From Mobula birostris (Eukaryota), in NCBI RefSeq assembly GCF_030028105.1, contig NC_092377.1, positions 35,708,782 to 35,772,781 on the forward strand: a stretch of DNA of 64,000 nt, given 5' to 3'. Below the pieces are notes generated by a model. It saw only the letters and a list, made by a program, of their open reading frames with translations, searched no databases and had not been told where the DNA came from. A program made the position numbers and the translations under genes. This document shows, piece by piece, positions 26,640 to 39,950 of the stretch. Numbering within the stretch: the stretch's first letter is position 1; each line of letters begins with the position of its first letter.

Positions 26640-27157
26640 ATAAACTCAATCAATGCTACATGTTATGTGTTTTACTGAAACAGGGCTGCACAAGGACATA
26701 CCCGACCAAAACTTTTCCATGGAGGGCTTCCAGACCGTTCGGGCTGACCGGAAGTGCACTGAGAGCAGTAAGCATAAAGGAGTTGGGGGCTTGCTGTTCT
26801 GGTTAACAACGGATGGTGCAATCCTGGTCATATTACGATCGAGGAACGTGTTTGTAGACCGGATATTGAACTTTTTGCTGTTGGACTCCGGCCATATTCC
26901 ACCGAGATACAACACTGGGTGTCATGGGAGGTTGTTCCTGCCTGTGGCCATCGAACTTTGCATCTCCTCCCGTGGAGGGTCAGACACCCTGAGCCAATAG
27001 GCTGGTCCTGGACTTATTTCCATCTGGCATAGTTTGCATATTGTTGTTTGATTGTTTGTGGTTTTTGTGTTGCTATATTTATGCTCTATTCTTGGTTGGT
27101 GCAGCTGTAACGAAACCTAATTTCCCTCGGGATCAATAAAGTATATCTATCTATCTA
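26640..27157 (+). mobile_element. Internally deleted Rex1/Babar derivative (APE N-terminus fused to 3' UTR, (CTAT)n tail)
   Basis: CFTETGLHKDIPD..EGFQTVRADR..SKHKGVGG joins directly to a LINE 3' end, aataaagtat(atct)n. Confidence 0.7.
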
Positions 27158-28075
27158 AATAATGAGAAGATATTAAGTCATTATATTTCAAAGCCCATTC
27201 TGTACATTCACTCTTAACAAAGAATGCATATTGCACCCATCCGAATTACTTCAGGGAGATAATTTTTCTTTGAACATTTTGCAATTCTATGCTCTCATTC
27301 TGCACATACAGGAGTATAACATGCAGGTGGAATCCAAGGAAAATATTTTTATTTGAATGAATGAGAATGCAGAGATGCATTATGATTTGGAAATAATAAC
27401 TGATTAAAAAGATACTGGAAATATTGAGAATTTTGAAAATGGAATTAGACAAGTACTTGAAGGAAAATAATTTGCAGTTCAAAAGAATTAAGTAAAAAAC
27501 AAAAATGCCAGCAACTGGATAGCTATGCTAAAATTGGCACAGGCTCAACGGGCATAAGGATTTTGTGATTGTGCATGTTAAGACACTTCACTCTTTCAAG
27601 TAACGTACTCACGCACTTCAATTAGATTAATCTTGGTTCAAACTAGAGAGAACATGCCAAACCTTCCCTAATTACTCATATAGTTCAAATTTGTCAAATC
27701 ATTGGACAATTAAGTGCTTTTGTAATGGGCAGAGTATACATTTCTGAATCCCAGCACTCCAATCTGCATCAACAGCAAACACTATATATTAATTTAAGCC
27801 ACAAAGAACAAAACTGTACTACAGTATAAGGAATATTATCTTAGTACAATGCAAACTAATACAAACTTCTCAAAAATTTCCCCATAATTGTCTAAGATGT
27901 TTAAACAATCAAATTAGAAAGACATGAATATTGATAAACCAGTACAATCCAATTCCTGATCTTTTAGAATGCATTCAGTAGCAGCTGGCTGTTAAACAAC
28001 TGGTTGCAGAAATAAAATATCTCCACAGAATTTTACCAGTATGGAGTCTATTCAAAACTTATAACTAGTTGCCTG

Positions 28076-28940
28076 CAACACACGTCAAAGTTGCTGGTAA
28101 ATGCAGCAGATCATGCAGTATCTCTAGGAAGAGGTACAGTCAATGTTTTGGGCCGAGACTCTTCGTCAGGACTAACTGAAGGAAGAACTAGTAACAGATT
28201 TGAAAGTGGGGGGGGGGGAGATCCAAAATGATAGGAGAAGACAGGAGGGGGAGCGATGGAGCCAAGAGCTGGACAGTTGATTGGCAAAAGGGATATGAGA
28301 GGATCATGGGACAGGAGGTCCAGGGAGAAAGAAAAGGGGGGGGGGGAGGGAAGCCCAGAGGATGGGCAAGGGGTATAGTGAGAGGGGACAGAGAGAGGAA
28401 AAAAGAAAGAGAGAAAAACAGAAAAAGAAAAAAGAGAATAAATAAATAAATAACGGATGTACGGGGGGAGGTGCGGCCACCTCCCCCTCATCTCAAACTT
28501 CCCCTAATGCCCCACCTCCTCCTTGTACCCCATCCATTATTTATTTATATACACATTTTCTTTTTCTCTCTCTTCTTTTTCTTCCTCTGTCCCCTCTCAC
28601 TGTACCCCTTGCCCATCCTCTGGGCTTCCCCCCTCCCCCTTTTCTTTCCCCCTAGGCCTCCTGTCCCATGATCCTCTCATATCCCTTTTGCCAATCAACT
28701 GTGCAGCTCTTGGCTCCATCCCTCCCTCTTCTGTCTTCTCCTATCATTTCGGATCTCCCCCTCCCCCCCGCCTTTCAAATCGCTTACTAGCTCTTCTTTC
28801 AGTTAGTTCTGACGAGGGTCTCGGCTCGAAACGTCGACGGTACCTCTTCTTAGAGATGCTGCCTGGCCTGCTGCATTCACCAGCAACTTTTATGTGTGTT
28901 GCTTGAAATTCCAGCAAGTGCAGATTTCCTCATGTTTGTG
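28076..28940. mobile_element. PLE insertion made of two inverted pLTRs, with a 14-bp TSD
   Basis: TSD taactagttgcctg at 28062-28075 and 28941-28954. Segment 28076 to about 28473 is the reverse complement of the forward pLTR at about 28505-28903. Confidence 0.92.
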
Positions 28941-29061
28941 TAACTAGTTGCCTGTTCGTCCGTTTAAAAACAAATCTGAAAATCATTAAACTCTACCCAA
29001 TAATCTTTTATGTTCTGCATTCTTTAGTCAGCTTACTAATGTAAATACAAATAACTTGTAC

Positions 29062-29107
29062 CTTGCACAGCACAGTGGCAAACTGTCATAATTTCTTTAC
29101 AATTCTT
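29062..29107 (-). pseudogene. Small exon relic (46 nt, phase 1 to 2)
   Basis: Acceptor atttattgcag, donor AAG|gtacaa. (E)EL*RNYDSLPLCCA(S); bridges the phases of its two neighbours. Confidence 0.55.
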
Positions 29108-29492
29108 CTGCAATAAATTATTCCAAACATTTCAATTTCTAAAGGGTACATGTATTTTGTGGTAATATTACTTTCTGTGTTGTTCTTGAGTTACATGTAC
29201 TGTGTTGTACACCTTTGTCCATAGGAATGTTGTTTCATTTGATGGTACTGTATACATGTGTATGGTTGAATGACAATAAACTGAACTTGAACTTTTTAAT
29301 AGTAATGAATGAGAATTAAAACTGTCAGAATTACATCTCTCAAATATAATACTACTCTCAAGTGTACAGAAGATTCTATGGCAGCATTTTGATGAGTAAT
29401 AGGACAGCTCATGAAATCTAGTGCAGTATACTGTATATATAGTATACGTATATGACTATAGTACATGTGCACTGCAATACGAGTTTTGATAC

Positions 29493-29599
29493 CTGGTTGA
29501 GCCACTGTGGTTATTTGCAGTCGATCACTTTCAATAAAGAATGTTTGGTTACAGATTGTATCCTTGCTGTTTGTTTTATTAAATAGCAATATAAAAAAC
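29493..29599 (-). pseudogene. Exon relic (107 nt, phase 2 to 1, open)
   Basis: Acceptor gtgtccatag, donor CAG|gtatca. FFILLFNKTNSKDTICNQTFFIESDRLQITTVAQP, with sequons NKT and NQT. Confidence 0.65.
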
Positions 29600-30016
29600 C
29601 TATGGACACTGTAGTGAGAACATAGTGAGATATTACTGCTGGAGGTAGCAGCAAGGCACTATTCAAATGGGAGGAAGAGCAATGATGTCAGGTGATGGAG
29701 ATAGTGAATGAGTTTATTAACTGGAAAATGCAAGTGATGACAGTAATTTGCCCGTGTGTGAAATTTTTGCAATAATTTAAAGAAGCTTTAATATTTGAGT
29801 TTACTCTCTCTCTAAAGACACCATATGGCAGGTATTTTATTTTACCACTGAACAGAATCAGAATCAGGCTTATTATCATTGGAATGGCTGACTTCAGCCC
29901 AAAAGTAGTAAAACTAATGTTGATTTGAGTCTTTGAACTGTACTGCTGCCACAAAAGAACAAATTTCATGTCATATAAGACAGAAGCATAAGGGATCTAG
30001 GGGAGCTACTATACTA

Positions 30017-31140
30017 GACCATAGGAGCAGAATTAGGCCATTCACCCATGGTGTTTGATTTCTGTCATTCTACCATAACTGATTTATTATCCCTCTCAAC
30101 CCTATTTTCCTGCCCCCTTCCCATAAACTTAGATGGCCTGAATAATCAAGAAGCTATCAACCTACACTTTAAATATACTCAATGACTTGGCCTCTGCAGC
30201 TGCCCGTGATATGAATTCAACATATTCAGCACCCTCAGGCTAAGGAACCCTTGCTCATCTCTGTTCTAAATGAATGTCCCTCTATTCTGAGGCTGTGCCC
30301 ACTGTAGGAAACGTCCTCTCCAAACCCACTCAATGTAGGCCTTTCAAATTCAACAGGCTTTGATAAGATTCTCACTCATTCTTCTAAGCTCCAGCAAGTA
30401 AAGGCTCAGGGTAATCAACAGCTCATATGTTAACCCTTTCATTCCTGGAACAATTTTCATGAAACTCTTCAGGACCTTCTCCAATGCCAGCACATCTTGT
30501 CTTAGATAATGGGTTCAAAACTGCTCACAATACTCCAAGTGCAGCCTGACCAATGCCTTATAAATGTCTCAGCATTACAAATTTGCTCTTGTATTCCAGT
30601 CCTCTCAAAATGATTGCTAACATTGCTTTTGCCTTCTTTACCATAAACTAAACCAGAAAGTTAACCTTTAGGGAATCTCCCAAGTCCCTTTGCAACTCTG
30701 ACTTTTGAATTTTCTACTCTTTTAGAAAATGGTCTATGCCTTTATTCCTTCTACCAGAGTGTATGACCATACACTCCACTGCACTTTTATTCCATCTCCC
30801 ACTTCTTTACCCTTTCTCCTCATCTCTCTATGTCCTTCTGCAGAGACTCACTGCTTCCTCAATAATTCCTGCCTCTTCAGCTATCTTTGTATCATTTACA
30901 AACTTGGCCTCAAAGCTGTCAATTCCATCATCCAAATCATTGACATACAATGTAAAAAGCAGACGCAACAGAGACCCTTGCAGAACACCACTGGTCACCA
31001 GCATCCAACCAGAATAGGCTCCCTTTATTCCTACTCTTTGCCTCCTGCCAGTCAGACAATCTTCTCTCCACGTTAGTATCTTCCCTGTGCTAACTCAGGT
31101 TCTTATTTTGTTAAGGAGCCTCATATGCATTACCTTATCA
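30017..31140 (-). mobile_element. CR1 LINE 3' fragment
   Basis: Collinear with the 54479-55650 CR1 region. Confidence 0.85.
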
Positions 31141-31769
31141 CATAGAACATGTATGAAACACAAGTTAGCATGAAGGTAAAGCAAACAATTAGAAAGAATT
31201 GGAATATTAATCTCAACAGAAGGTAAAAAAAATTTGATTCAGCTGGTAAGACCACTTTCAGTTTTGGTCTCTGCTTTTAAAGGGTATATCCCCTTCAGTG
31301 AAGGTTCCTTAGGTTGATCTAGGAATGGCTGATGTATGAAGAAATGCTCAGCAAGTTAGGCCTCTTGGAAGAATGAGAGGTGATCTAATTAAAATGGCTG
31401 GGATTCTGAATGAGATTTACAGAGTAGATGCCAAGGATGAATCAGTGGGGTCATCCAGAACTAAAAGGCAGTAGTTTCAAAATAAGAGGTTACCTATTTA
31501 AGACAGAGACAGGGAGAAATTTCTGCTTTGAGGTTGTGACTTTTTGGAATCTTCTACACTAGTATACCCTGGCAGCAAAGTCATTGAATAGGTTTATGAT
31601 GAACACTGACAGACAGCTGACTTACAACTCTGCAGAATGTTGGGAGACTGCAAGAAAATAATGTTGATGTTCTGACTGGATTAGCTATCTTCTTGGTGAA
31701 CAGTGGAGTAGGGTCAAAGAACCAATTGATTTACCTTTTTCTTGCTTGTTAAGTAACCTTAGTCACAAC

Positions 31770-33215
31770 ATTACTGAGCAGGCAAGCAGGGCTCTCAGGA
31801 AACTCAGACACGGCAAAGCATTGGGACCAGATAGTGTGAACCCCAAGGTCCTCCAGCACATTTTTAATCTGAGTCTCAGCCTAGAAATGGTCCTGTGTGG
31901 TCCCAGTATACAAGAAGGGCCAACTGAAAGTCTTGAATGACTACCGTCCAATGGCCCTGACCTCACACATCATGGAGACCCTAGAGAGGCTGGTACTAGC
32001 TCACCTCCATCCCCTGGTCAGATCAGCCCTCAAACCCATGCAGTTTGCCTTCCAGGAGCACACTGGAGTTGACAATGCTGTCATCTACCTGCTAAACAGA
32101 GCCTACTCCCATTTAGATAGGCGGGGCAGCACCGTGAGGATCATGTTTTTTTTTGATTTCTCAAGTGTCTTCAATACCATACAGCCCTCATTACGGGGGG
32201 ATAAACTCTATTCAATGCAGATTGGGACTTCCATTTTGTCCTGGATAATAGACTACAAGACTGGCTTCGGAGCTGTGTGTCAGGAATGGCCATAAGCAGC
32301 ACTGGGGCCCTGGACGGGACTGTAATGGCTCCCTTCCTGTTTACCCTGTATACCTTGGACTTCATTCAATTCCGAGTTATGTCACCTGCAAAAATTCTCT
32401 AATGACTCAGCAATAGTTAGGTGTATAAAGGGAGTACAGAAGGATGAATGCAGTGCCCTGGTGGAGGGGTGGAAGGGTGGAAGGCTTTGTCAACTGGTGC
32501 AAGCTGAATCATCTGCAGCTTAACATCAGTAGGACAAAGGAGATGGTGATGGACTTTAGGAAGACTGAGTTAGCGCTGCTCCCTGTTACTATTGGCGATG
32601 AGGGCATGGATGTGGTGAGGACCTACACGTACCTGGGGGCGCAGTTGGAAGACAAACTTGAGTGGAGCACCAGCACAGAGGCTGTGTACAAGGAGGACCA
32701 GAGTCATCTCCATTTCCTGAGGGGACTGAGGTCCTTTGGCGTATGCAGCCTTCTCCTTCACATGTTCTACCGGTCTGTTGTCACCAGTACATTTATCTAT
32801 GTGATGGTGTGCTGGGGCAATGGCAACAACATGGGTGATGCCAACAGGCTCAATAAACTGATTAGAAAGGCTGGCTCTGTTATAGGAGTCAAACTGTTCA
32901 CTGGAGCTGTGGTAGAACAAAGGACCCTATGGAAAATCTTAGCAATTCTGGACAATGTTTCTCACCCTCTGCATGCCATCTTGGCAGAACAGAGGAGCAC
33001 TTTTAGTAATAGACTAAGACAACTCTGCTGCTCCAAAGAGCCCATTAAGCTCTATAATGAGTCGATCTATAGCCGAAAAAGTGATAACCCCTCTTGTTAG
33101 TCTGTTTGAGGTAACTTAATTTTCATTCTTTCTTACTTCTCTTCTAATATTTGTACATCTGTGCACTTGTAATGCTACTGTGACACTAATTTCCTTTGGG
33201 GTCAATGAAGTATCT
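31770..33215 (+). mobile_element. Rex1/Babar LINE, 5'-truncated
   Basis: LNDYRPMALTSHIMETLERL, RIMFFFDFSSVFNTIQP, LQLNISRTKEMVMDFRK, LHFLRGLRSF. Confidence 0.9.
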
Positions 33216-33874
33216 GTCTTATTTTTGAGTTGTTTGCTTTCAACAAATGAAACTAATTAGAGGCATCATTCTCTAGAGGTGATTTGCTAATCTGTAATGA
33301 AAACCCTACAAACTGTACTTCCTGATCACTATTTGTTCCCCAATGAACACCTAAAAGTGGATGATTTGGTCCTTTGTGCAGCACCTTCCTGTGCATAAAT
33401 TGTGTTCACTTTCCTGCATTCCAACAGTGACCAAACGTATACTGTAAAAAGGTCTGAAAGTTCTCAAGTTACCAAAATACACTACATAAATGCAAGGCCT
33501 TGCCCCTAGTATTTATTTGCGGAATAAAGGACATTGCACTTTTTACTTCATGGCTTGAATTGTCTTTCTGCTACTTTGTTTTAGAAGGGCTCTTATTGGT
33601 GTCCCCTAGTTAACTATGGTTAAACAGTTGGATTATGCAGAATCATTGCCCAATTCATGTTTTGTACTGTTTACCTGGCTCTAGGAGATAAAAGACAGTT
33701 AAGTTCTAGTGGTAAATATTAAGATTTGTTATCATGGTTTGCACAGTTGCCCTTTCTAGCATAGATAGGAGGAGTGAGGTTTTGCTCTGAGATGAATTTC
33801 ACAGAGTTTTGCAGTCAGGAAGTATTATTTTGTAGCCAATAAACTTGTCTCAGCCATCCTTCCAAGACCTTTCA

Positions 33875-34157
33875 GAACACCATTTGCTGGTAGTGGTGGT
33901 TAGGCATTACATTGCATACAAGTGATATATTAAAATTCAGATCCAGCTTTAGGCTGATATTGCTTTTTGTTATATACTCAAATCCACACTGAAACATACT
34001 GAATTTCTGCAAATTGTGGTGAACTTTATTTTTGCTTTCTAAATCATGTAGCTTGTTACACCACTTATCCGCCCGATACCTGAAAATTATGCGAACAGAA
34101 ATTGAGGTAGCTCGATTGAGATGGCTGGAGACAGTGTTAGGCCCTCTGCTTCACTTC
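33875..34157 (-). pseudogene. Exon relic, SEA-like (donor uncertain, e.g. TCA|gtatgt at 34000)
   Basis: Acceptor gatttcaag, phase 2. K*SRGPNTVSSHLNRATSISVRIIFRYRADKWCNKLHDLESKNKVHHNLQKFSMFQCGF... stays open for about 90 codons after the TGA. Confidence 0.5.
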
Positions 34158-34877
34158 CTTGAAATCAAGCTTTACATATACTTATCTAGAAACTGGATCA
34201 TGTAGTTCTATGCTCTTTGCTCACTATGCAAAAAAATTCCTATGATGTACAAAGGGATCCAGATGAATTTAAGTAAGTTTCATTGATGCATGTATGGCCC
34301 GTTGCCTTTTTCAAACCACTTGTGCAGAGGTGGATCTTCATTTTGCCAGTAAGCCTTGTTTCAGCATTATTTACAATGGGCCCTATTGGGAACCCATACC
34401 ATGTTGCTTCTCTTTAATTAAAGAGACCTCTCTGGCTCCCTCCTCTTGCATCCACCAGACACTCAATAATCTCCCCACAGCTCACAGCTTGCACCTACCT
34501 CCCAAGCACTCTTCCCTCCCCATTTCCAAATGCTAACTGCATAACACAACCAACACTGACAGTATCCTGCCTCCTGCCCCCAAATAACAGTTGCCAGCCT
34601 CTCTTCCCAACTACTTATCTTTTCCCTGATTCATCTACTTATTAGACACAATCAAATCTTATTCCTTTGATCCTGAATCCTGACTTCTACCTTTTTGCCT
34701 CCCACTTAGACTTGGGCCTCGATTTATTCCTTTCTTTATGCATGCTCAGAAGTGATGGGACGCAAAAAGAGAAGTCCTTCCACGAACAAGTTCAATCCAC
34801 CCCCAATTTGCCAACTGTGTGATCACAATGGGGGAAAAAAAAAAATTCACTAACCCACAGCGCGCTCATCGATTTAC

Positions 34878-35003
34878 CAGTACAGACCTATTCCAATGTG
34901 ACTTTTTTTTTCAAGCCATGGACAACAGTCCCTGAGAAGATCAGTATAGTCAGCCATTCCTTCACCTCTTGCTTGCACCACACAAGTGCCAATGTGACAG
35001 ACA
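34878..35003 (-). pseudogene. Exon relic (126 nt, phase 2 to 2, open; end of Cys repeat 2)
   Basis: Acceptor cttctgtcgtttcag, donor CTG|gtaaat. VCHIGTCVVQARGEGMADYTDLLRDCCPWLEKKSHIGIGLY; CCPWLEKK parallels FCPWVQKT at 21405. Confidence 0.72.
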
Positions 35004-35199
35004 CTGAAACGACAGAAGAGTAGAATTCATCCCTCGGGTATCATGGATAAGAGATCATCTCATAGTGAACCCATGTTTTTAATTGAAATGCCTACATGTA
35101 TAAAACTAAGCCTGTCACTGGAAGTCTTGGGAAAACAGAATCCTTCTCTGATTCTCACACACTGTTAAATAAAGGTCACTTTATTGTCTTCAGTGACAT

Positions 35200-35740
35200 C
35201 AATCCACCCTGGGCCCAACATACAGCGCAATCACAAAGAGGGCATGTCAGCAGATTACTTTGTTAGGAGCTTGAGGAGATTTGGCATGTCACAAAGGCCC
35301 TTGCAAATTTTTACAGATACATAGTGGAGAGCATTCTGACTGGTAGCATCATAGCCTGGCATAGAGGCTCCAATGCATTGGATCACAAGAGGCTGCAGAG
35401 GTTTGGAGACCCTGCCAGCTTCAACATGAACACTAACTTCCCCACCATCAAGAACATTTTCAGCAGGTTGTGCCTCAAGATGGCAGTATCCATCATTAAG
35501 GGACCTCACCATGTGCTCTTCTCATCAGGGAGGAGGTACAGAAGCCTGAAAACCCACAATCAACAATTCAGGAACAGCTTTCATTCCTCCATCATCAGAT
35601 CCCTGCATGGTCCATGAACACCAGCTCAGTGTTCCACTTTTTGCATAATTTATTTATTTTGTAACCTATAGTAATTTTATTTCTTTGCACTGTAATGCTG
35701 TGGCAAAACAACAAATTTCACACAGTGATAATAAACTCAA
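35200..35740 (+). mobile_element. Rex1/Babar 3' fragment
   Basis: ESILTGSIIAW...SGRRYRSLKTHNQQFRNSF, homologous to 5900-6230. Confidence 0.8.
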
Positions 35741-36800
35741 TTTATCACATTTAAACATGCTCGAGTTACTGTATTACACTGATGCATCTTGTTTTAACCC
35801 ATCAATTCCTGCCTTAACAATTCTGTGATCTCTGAATTAACACAGTTTGACCACATTCAATACCAAAGTCTCTAGTTCTCACACAAATCCCTTCCTTCCA
35901 TGAATGTCCCCTCCATCCTGAACTCCTTTCTGAAACTGAGCCCAATTGCTCACTCCATTTCAGTCACTTTGGAAGGCATAGGTAGGGTACACAGTCAAAT
36001 TCTTTATCCCCAGGGTAGAAGTGTCAAATACTCAAGGGCATAGCATTAAGGTGAGATTGGGAAACTTTAGTAGAGAAGCACAGGGCAGCAGTCTATTTTT
36101 AAACCAGAGTGATAGGTGCCTGCAATGTACTGTCACAATAGTGGTGTTTAAGTGACTTTTAGACAGGCACATGGGATTGCGGGGAATAAAGGGATGTGAC
36201 TCCCATGCAGGCAAGATTAGTTGAATTAAGCATCATGCTCAGTACAGCGAATGAAGGCTGAAGTGCCTGCTGCTGTGCTGTGTTCACCCAAATATTAAAC
36301 AGCAGTTCAAACTGATGAAAGGTAAATTCAAGGTCACATCAAAGATTACAGAGGAAATTAAACAGGAAATGATCAGACCAGCAATAACTGACGTGTGCTT
36401 GAAGGGCTGTATGGCCTGCTCTGTTGCCCTATCTTAATGCTCTAGTGTTCAAACCTTTCGGATAACACAAGGATTATTTACATTAACTAACATGATATTG
36501 CTCCTCAAAGGTGCCAACCATTACAAGTTAAATGCATTTACAAATGAAGAGATGTTATCAGACAGGGGGAATATAAATCAGGTATCAAAGTTCAAACTTA
36601 TTTTTTCTTTGATACCGAGTCATCTGCAGCAAGACAATTTGCTGGTTTATTTCATAAGCAATAATGAAAAATGAAAGCTTCAGCCTCAAAGCTAATAGCT
36701 AATGAATATTAGACCAAAACTGTATTGAGATTTAATTTAAGAGTACAAGAAAGAGACAATAAAAGCTCCAGTACTCAAATATACCAACAACACTTCCACA

Positions 36801-37660
36801 AGTAACACACACAAAATGCTGGAGGAACTTTCTCCTTGGAGCAACGGAGGATAAGACCTGACCTGATTGACCTGATGTGTAAGATGATGAGAGGCATTAA
36901 CTGTGTGGATAGTCAGAGGCTTTTTCCCAGGGCTGAAATGGCTAACACAAGAGGGCACAGTGTTAAGGTGCTTGGAAGTAGGTACAGAGATGTCAGGGGT
37001 AAGTTGTTTTTTTTAACTATGCAGAGAGTGGTGAGTGCGTGGAATGGGCTGCCGGCAACAGTGGTGAAGGCAGATACAATAGGGTATTTTAACAGGCTCC
37101 TGGATAGGTACATGGAGCTTAGAAAAATGCTATTTTTCTAATGGCTATGGGTAACCCCAAGTAATTTCTAAAGGAAGGTCATATTTGGCACAGCATTGTG
37201 GGCTGAAGAGCCTGTATTGTGCTGTAGGTTTTCTATGCTTCTAACTCAGCAGGTCAGTCAGCATCTATGGAAATGAATAAACAGCCAACACTTCAGGCCA
37301 AGACCATTCTTCAGGACTGGAAAGGAAGGGGGAAGATGACAGAATGAAAAGGTGGGGGGGGGGAAAGAGGATAGCTTGAAGGTGAGGGGTGAACCCAAGT
37401 GGGTATGAAAGGTAAAGGGCTAGAGAGGATTGAATTTGATAGGAGAGGAGAGTGGACCACAGGAGAAAAGGAAGGTGGAAGGGTGACAGGCAGCTGAGAA
37501 GAGGCAAGAGGCCAGAGTGGGGAACAGAAGAAGAGGGGAGTGGAGGGGAGGGTTTTTTTTTTGTAAACAAAAGGAGAATTGAAATTCATGCTATCAGGTT
37601 GGAGGCTACTTTGTTGGAATACAAGGTGTTGTTCCCCACCCTGAGGATGGCCTCATCGTG
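36801..37660. mobile_element. Minus-strand PLE pLTR with a plus-strand CR1 3' fragment (about 36830-37241) nested in it
   Basis: The PLE string ggaggaact|cagcagg is split by CR1 sequence (EMANTRGHSVKVLG) with aact repeated at both sides. Confidence 0.8.
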
Positions 37661-38209
37661 GCACCAGGACACTTTCTTTCTCAGTCTTCACAAACTTCTA
37701 CTTTGACATTAGCATTGAACATCCTTGGTGACAGTGTATCCTTAACTTCCCAGAATAGAGAATTTATAATATTCATAGTACTGAGTAGAGAAATAAATTT
37801 TCCTCATCCCATTTTTAAACACCCTATCCTTATCCAGGTACTATACCCACTACTTCTCAGCTATACCAGAATCTTGTATGTCCAGCAGATAACCTTTCCA
37901 GCCTCCTAATCTCAAGAGAACAAAGGCCCATTCTAATCAATATTATATCATAACAAATGCTTTTCTGAGCTTTCCTTCATTATAAGAGGTGGTGGTTACG
38001 TAGGTGGTGAGTGAACAAATATCAGAAAGAAATTTCAGCATTCATTCAACCATAATATTCTTAAAGGGCAAGGATTGGCTGCATAGTCAAAAGTCTACCT
38101 TTTACAAATCATAATCAAATCATTAACAAGGAACACTATTCAATATTCACAACTCAAATCCACAGTGGTTTTGTACGAGTTTCTGAGCTAAAACTTGCCA
38201 AATTTCTAC

Positions 38210-39413
38210 ATGGTTTGGATAGGTGCATGTTTGTTCTCCATCTGGGGTTCCAGACACGGGAGCACAGACTCAAAATGAAAGGACAAGACGTAGGGACGGG
38301 AAAGAAAAAAAAACTTCTTCCCTGGTGGTAGTTGGGGTAACAGGCTGAACTGTCTATTCATGCAGCCACATGAGACCAAGTGGCTGATCTGGTTTCTATT
38401 TATCTTGTTCTCAAGTTCAAGTTTAATTATCATTCAACCAGACATGAATACAGTCAAACGAAACAGCATTCCCCTGGGGCCAAAGTTCAAAATACAGTAC
38501 CAACAGTATTACACAGCAAGAGGCACAAAATATATAGATTTATTTAGCCCAGTCCCTGAGTGACATGTTCTGTAAATTGATGCTGCATGGGTGAAAAGCA
38601 GTTTCTTGGCAGACAAACGTACACAGGCACGCAATTCAGTTTGTCATTCCACCAATCAAACACTGGAGTGTAGCACTGATGGGACAGGCCAGCCCCCTCC
38701 CACCCATGTATGGATGCCACGCTACACCACTTCCAACATCTCCTCTCCTGAACTGCAGCAACAGGTCAGCCTCCAGTTTGAGGCCTAGTCCTCACGTCAA
38801 ATGAGTCTTTCGCACAAATAAACGAGGGAGTCAGACTTGCAGCATTTTACGTCATCGATGTCCAACAGGGTCTTGAGGTGTCCAAGACAATCACTCGCTG
38901 TCAGACTGCACACCACATTCTCACACCGACTCTGATGCCTTAGATGCCTTCCTGGAGCAGGTAGTAATAAAATAGACACCAAGTCCAGCTCCTCTTTCAA
39001 TGAGCAGTTTGCTGATGGGGCAGAACTCATTGCCATCTTAACGGAAGTTAATAAATTAACAAAGAGTTCAATGTCCTCATTTGTATTTTTAATATAGAAA
39101 GAAAGAAAGCTTCACTGTGGAATTTTACATTTAAATGCATTGTGGAAAGCTGCATCTTCCTTGATGCACCAAACAGGAATAAAATAGGTATTATACACCC
39201 TTGATCTCTTTGATAATGCTGCAAAATAGCACTTAATTGACAAATTCGGAGATACAGAGAATCTTGGTTAACATCAGGACACATAACTTTATTTGTACTT
39301 TTGCAATTTTTGTACAAACAAACTAGAATTAAAAAAGTGAATTGTCTAGGGCAATTTTTATCATTTATCACTGTGACCCAGCAATGACCCATTTTCTCTG
39401 GTTAACATGCTTC
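38210..39413 (-). pseudogene. Long exon relic (or two exons) split by a retroelement at 38411-39048
   Basis: Acceptor actgtttcag. EAC*PEKMGHCWVTVINDKNCPRQF...LNSLLIY (114 open codons in AT-rich DNA) continues in the same frame after the insertion, via a TAG at the junction, as NKINRNQISHLVSCGCMNRQFSLLPQLPPGKKFFFLSRPYVLSFHFESVLPCLEPQMENKHAPIQT. The donor is weak. Confidence 0.6.
38411..39048 (-). mobile_element. Non-autonomous retroelement (head ACTTCCGTTAAGATGGC, tail TTGAAC repeats)
   Basis: LINE-type aataaa/cttgaacttga tail and a defined head; interrupts a pseudogene reading frame. Confidence 0.7.
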
Positions 39414-39912
39414 CTGAAACAGTCATATGCATAACCAGAAATTGCACCTGCCAACACATACAAATCCATATTTCGCTTTAGTGGCCTCTCTCTCTGTCTT
39501 GTTTACCTCTACTTCATCATAGACTGCAAACCTCAACTTCCGTCTAAGGCCTCAAGAATTACTAAAATGGACTGTTTCTCGTGGGAAATCTTGCTATCTT
39601 CTGTGTATAAACCCAGGCTCCATTTCTAGCTATGATTAAGCATTAAAATTTGTGAGCACTTACTAAATATTTCAAAATTATAATTTAAATTGGGTTTCAA
39701 CTTAAAGATTTGTTTTTAAGTTTCAAATATTTACCAAACAGAAAATATATTTTAATGCTCATCAAGATGAGAAAGCAATGCTGAGGAGTAGAAGGGCCTT
39801 ACTATATACCACTGTTATTCCTGATTAGGCATTTCATAAAACTGAAGATATGTGAAAGTATGTACACAGAAACCTATAGTAAAGAACGTCACTTAATGCT
39901 GATCAACATTAC

Positions 39913-39950
39913 CTTTAACGGTAACGGAGTGAGAATCACTTTTCCATTTC
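39913..39950 (-). pseudogene. Small exon relic (38 nt, phase 1 to 0)
   Basis: Acceptor gatttgtgcag, donor AAG|gtaatg. (R)NGKVILTPLPLK; phases fit both neighbours. Confidence 0.55.

Noticed and set aside
33675-33680. 6-nt microexon candidate (ttatctcctag AGCCAG gtaaac, minus strand)
   Set aside because: Too short to support from sequence alone.
39803-39873. Exon candidate VSVYILSHIFSFMKCLIRNNSGI with good splice sites
   Set aside because: It would require a 39-nt intron after 39913 and breaks the phase chain to 39413; left out of the model.
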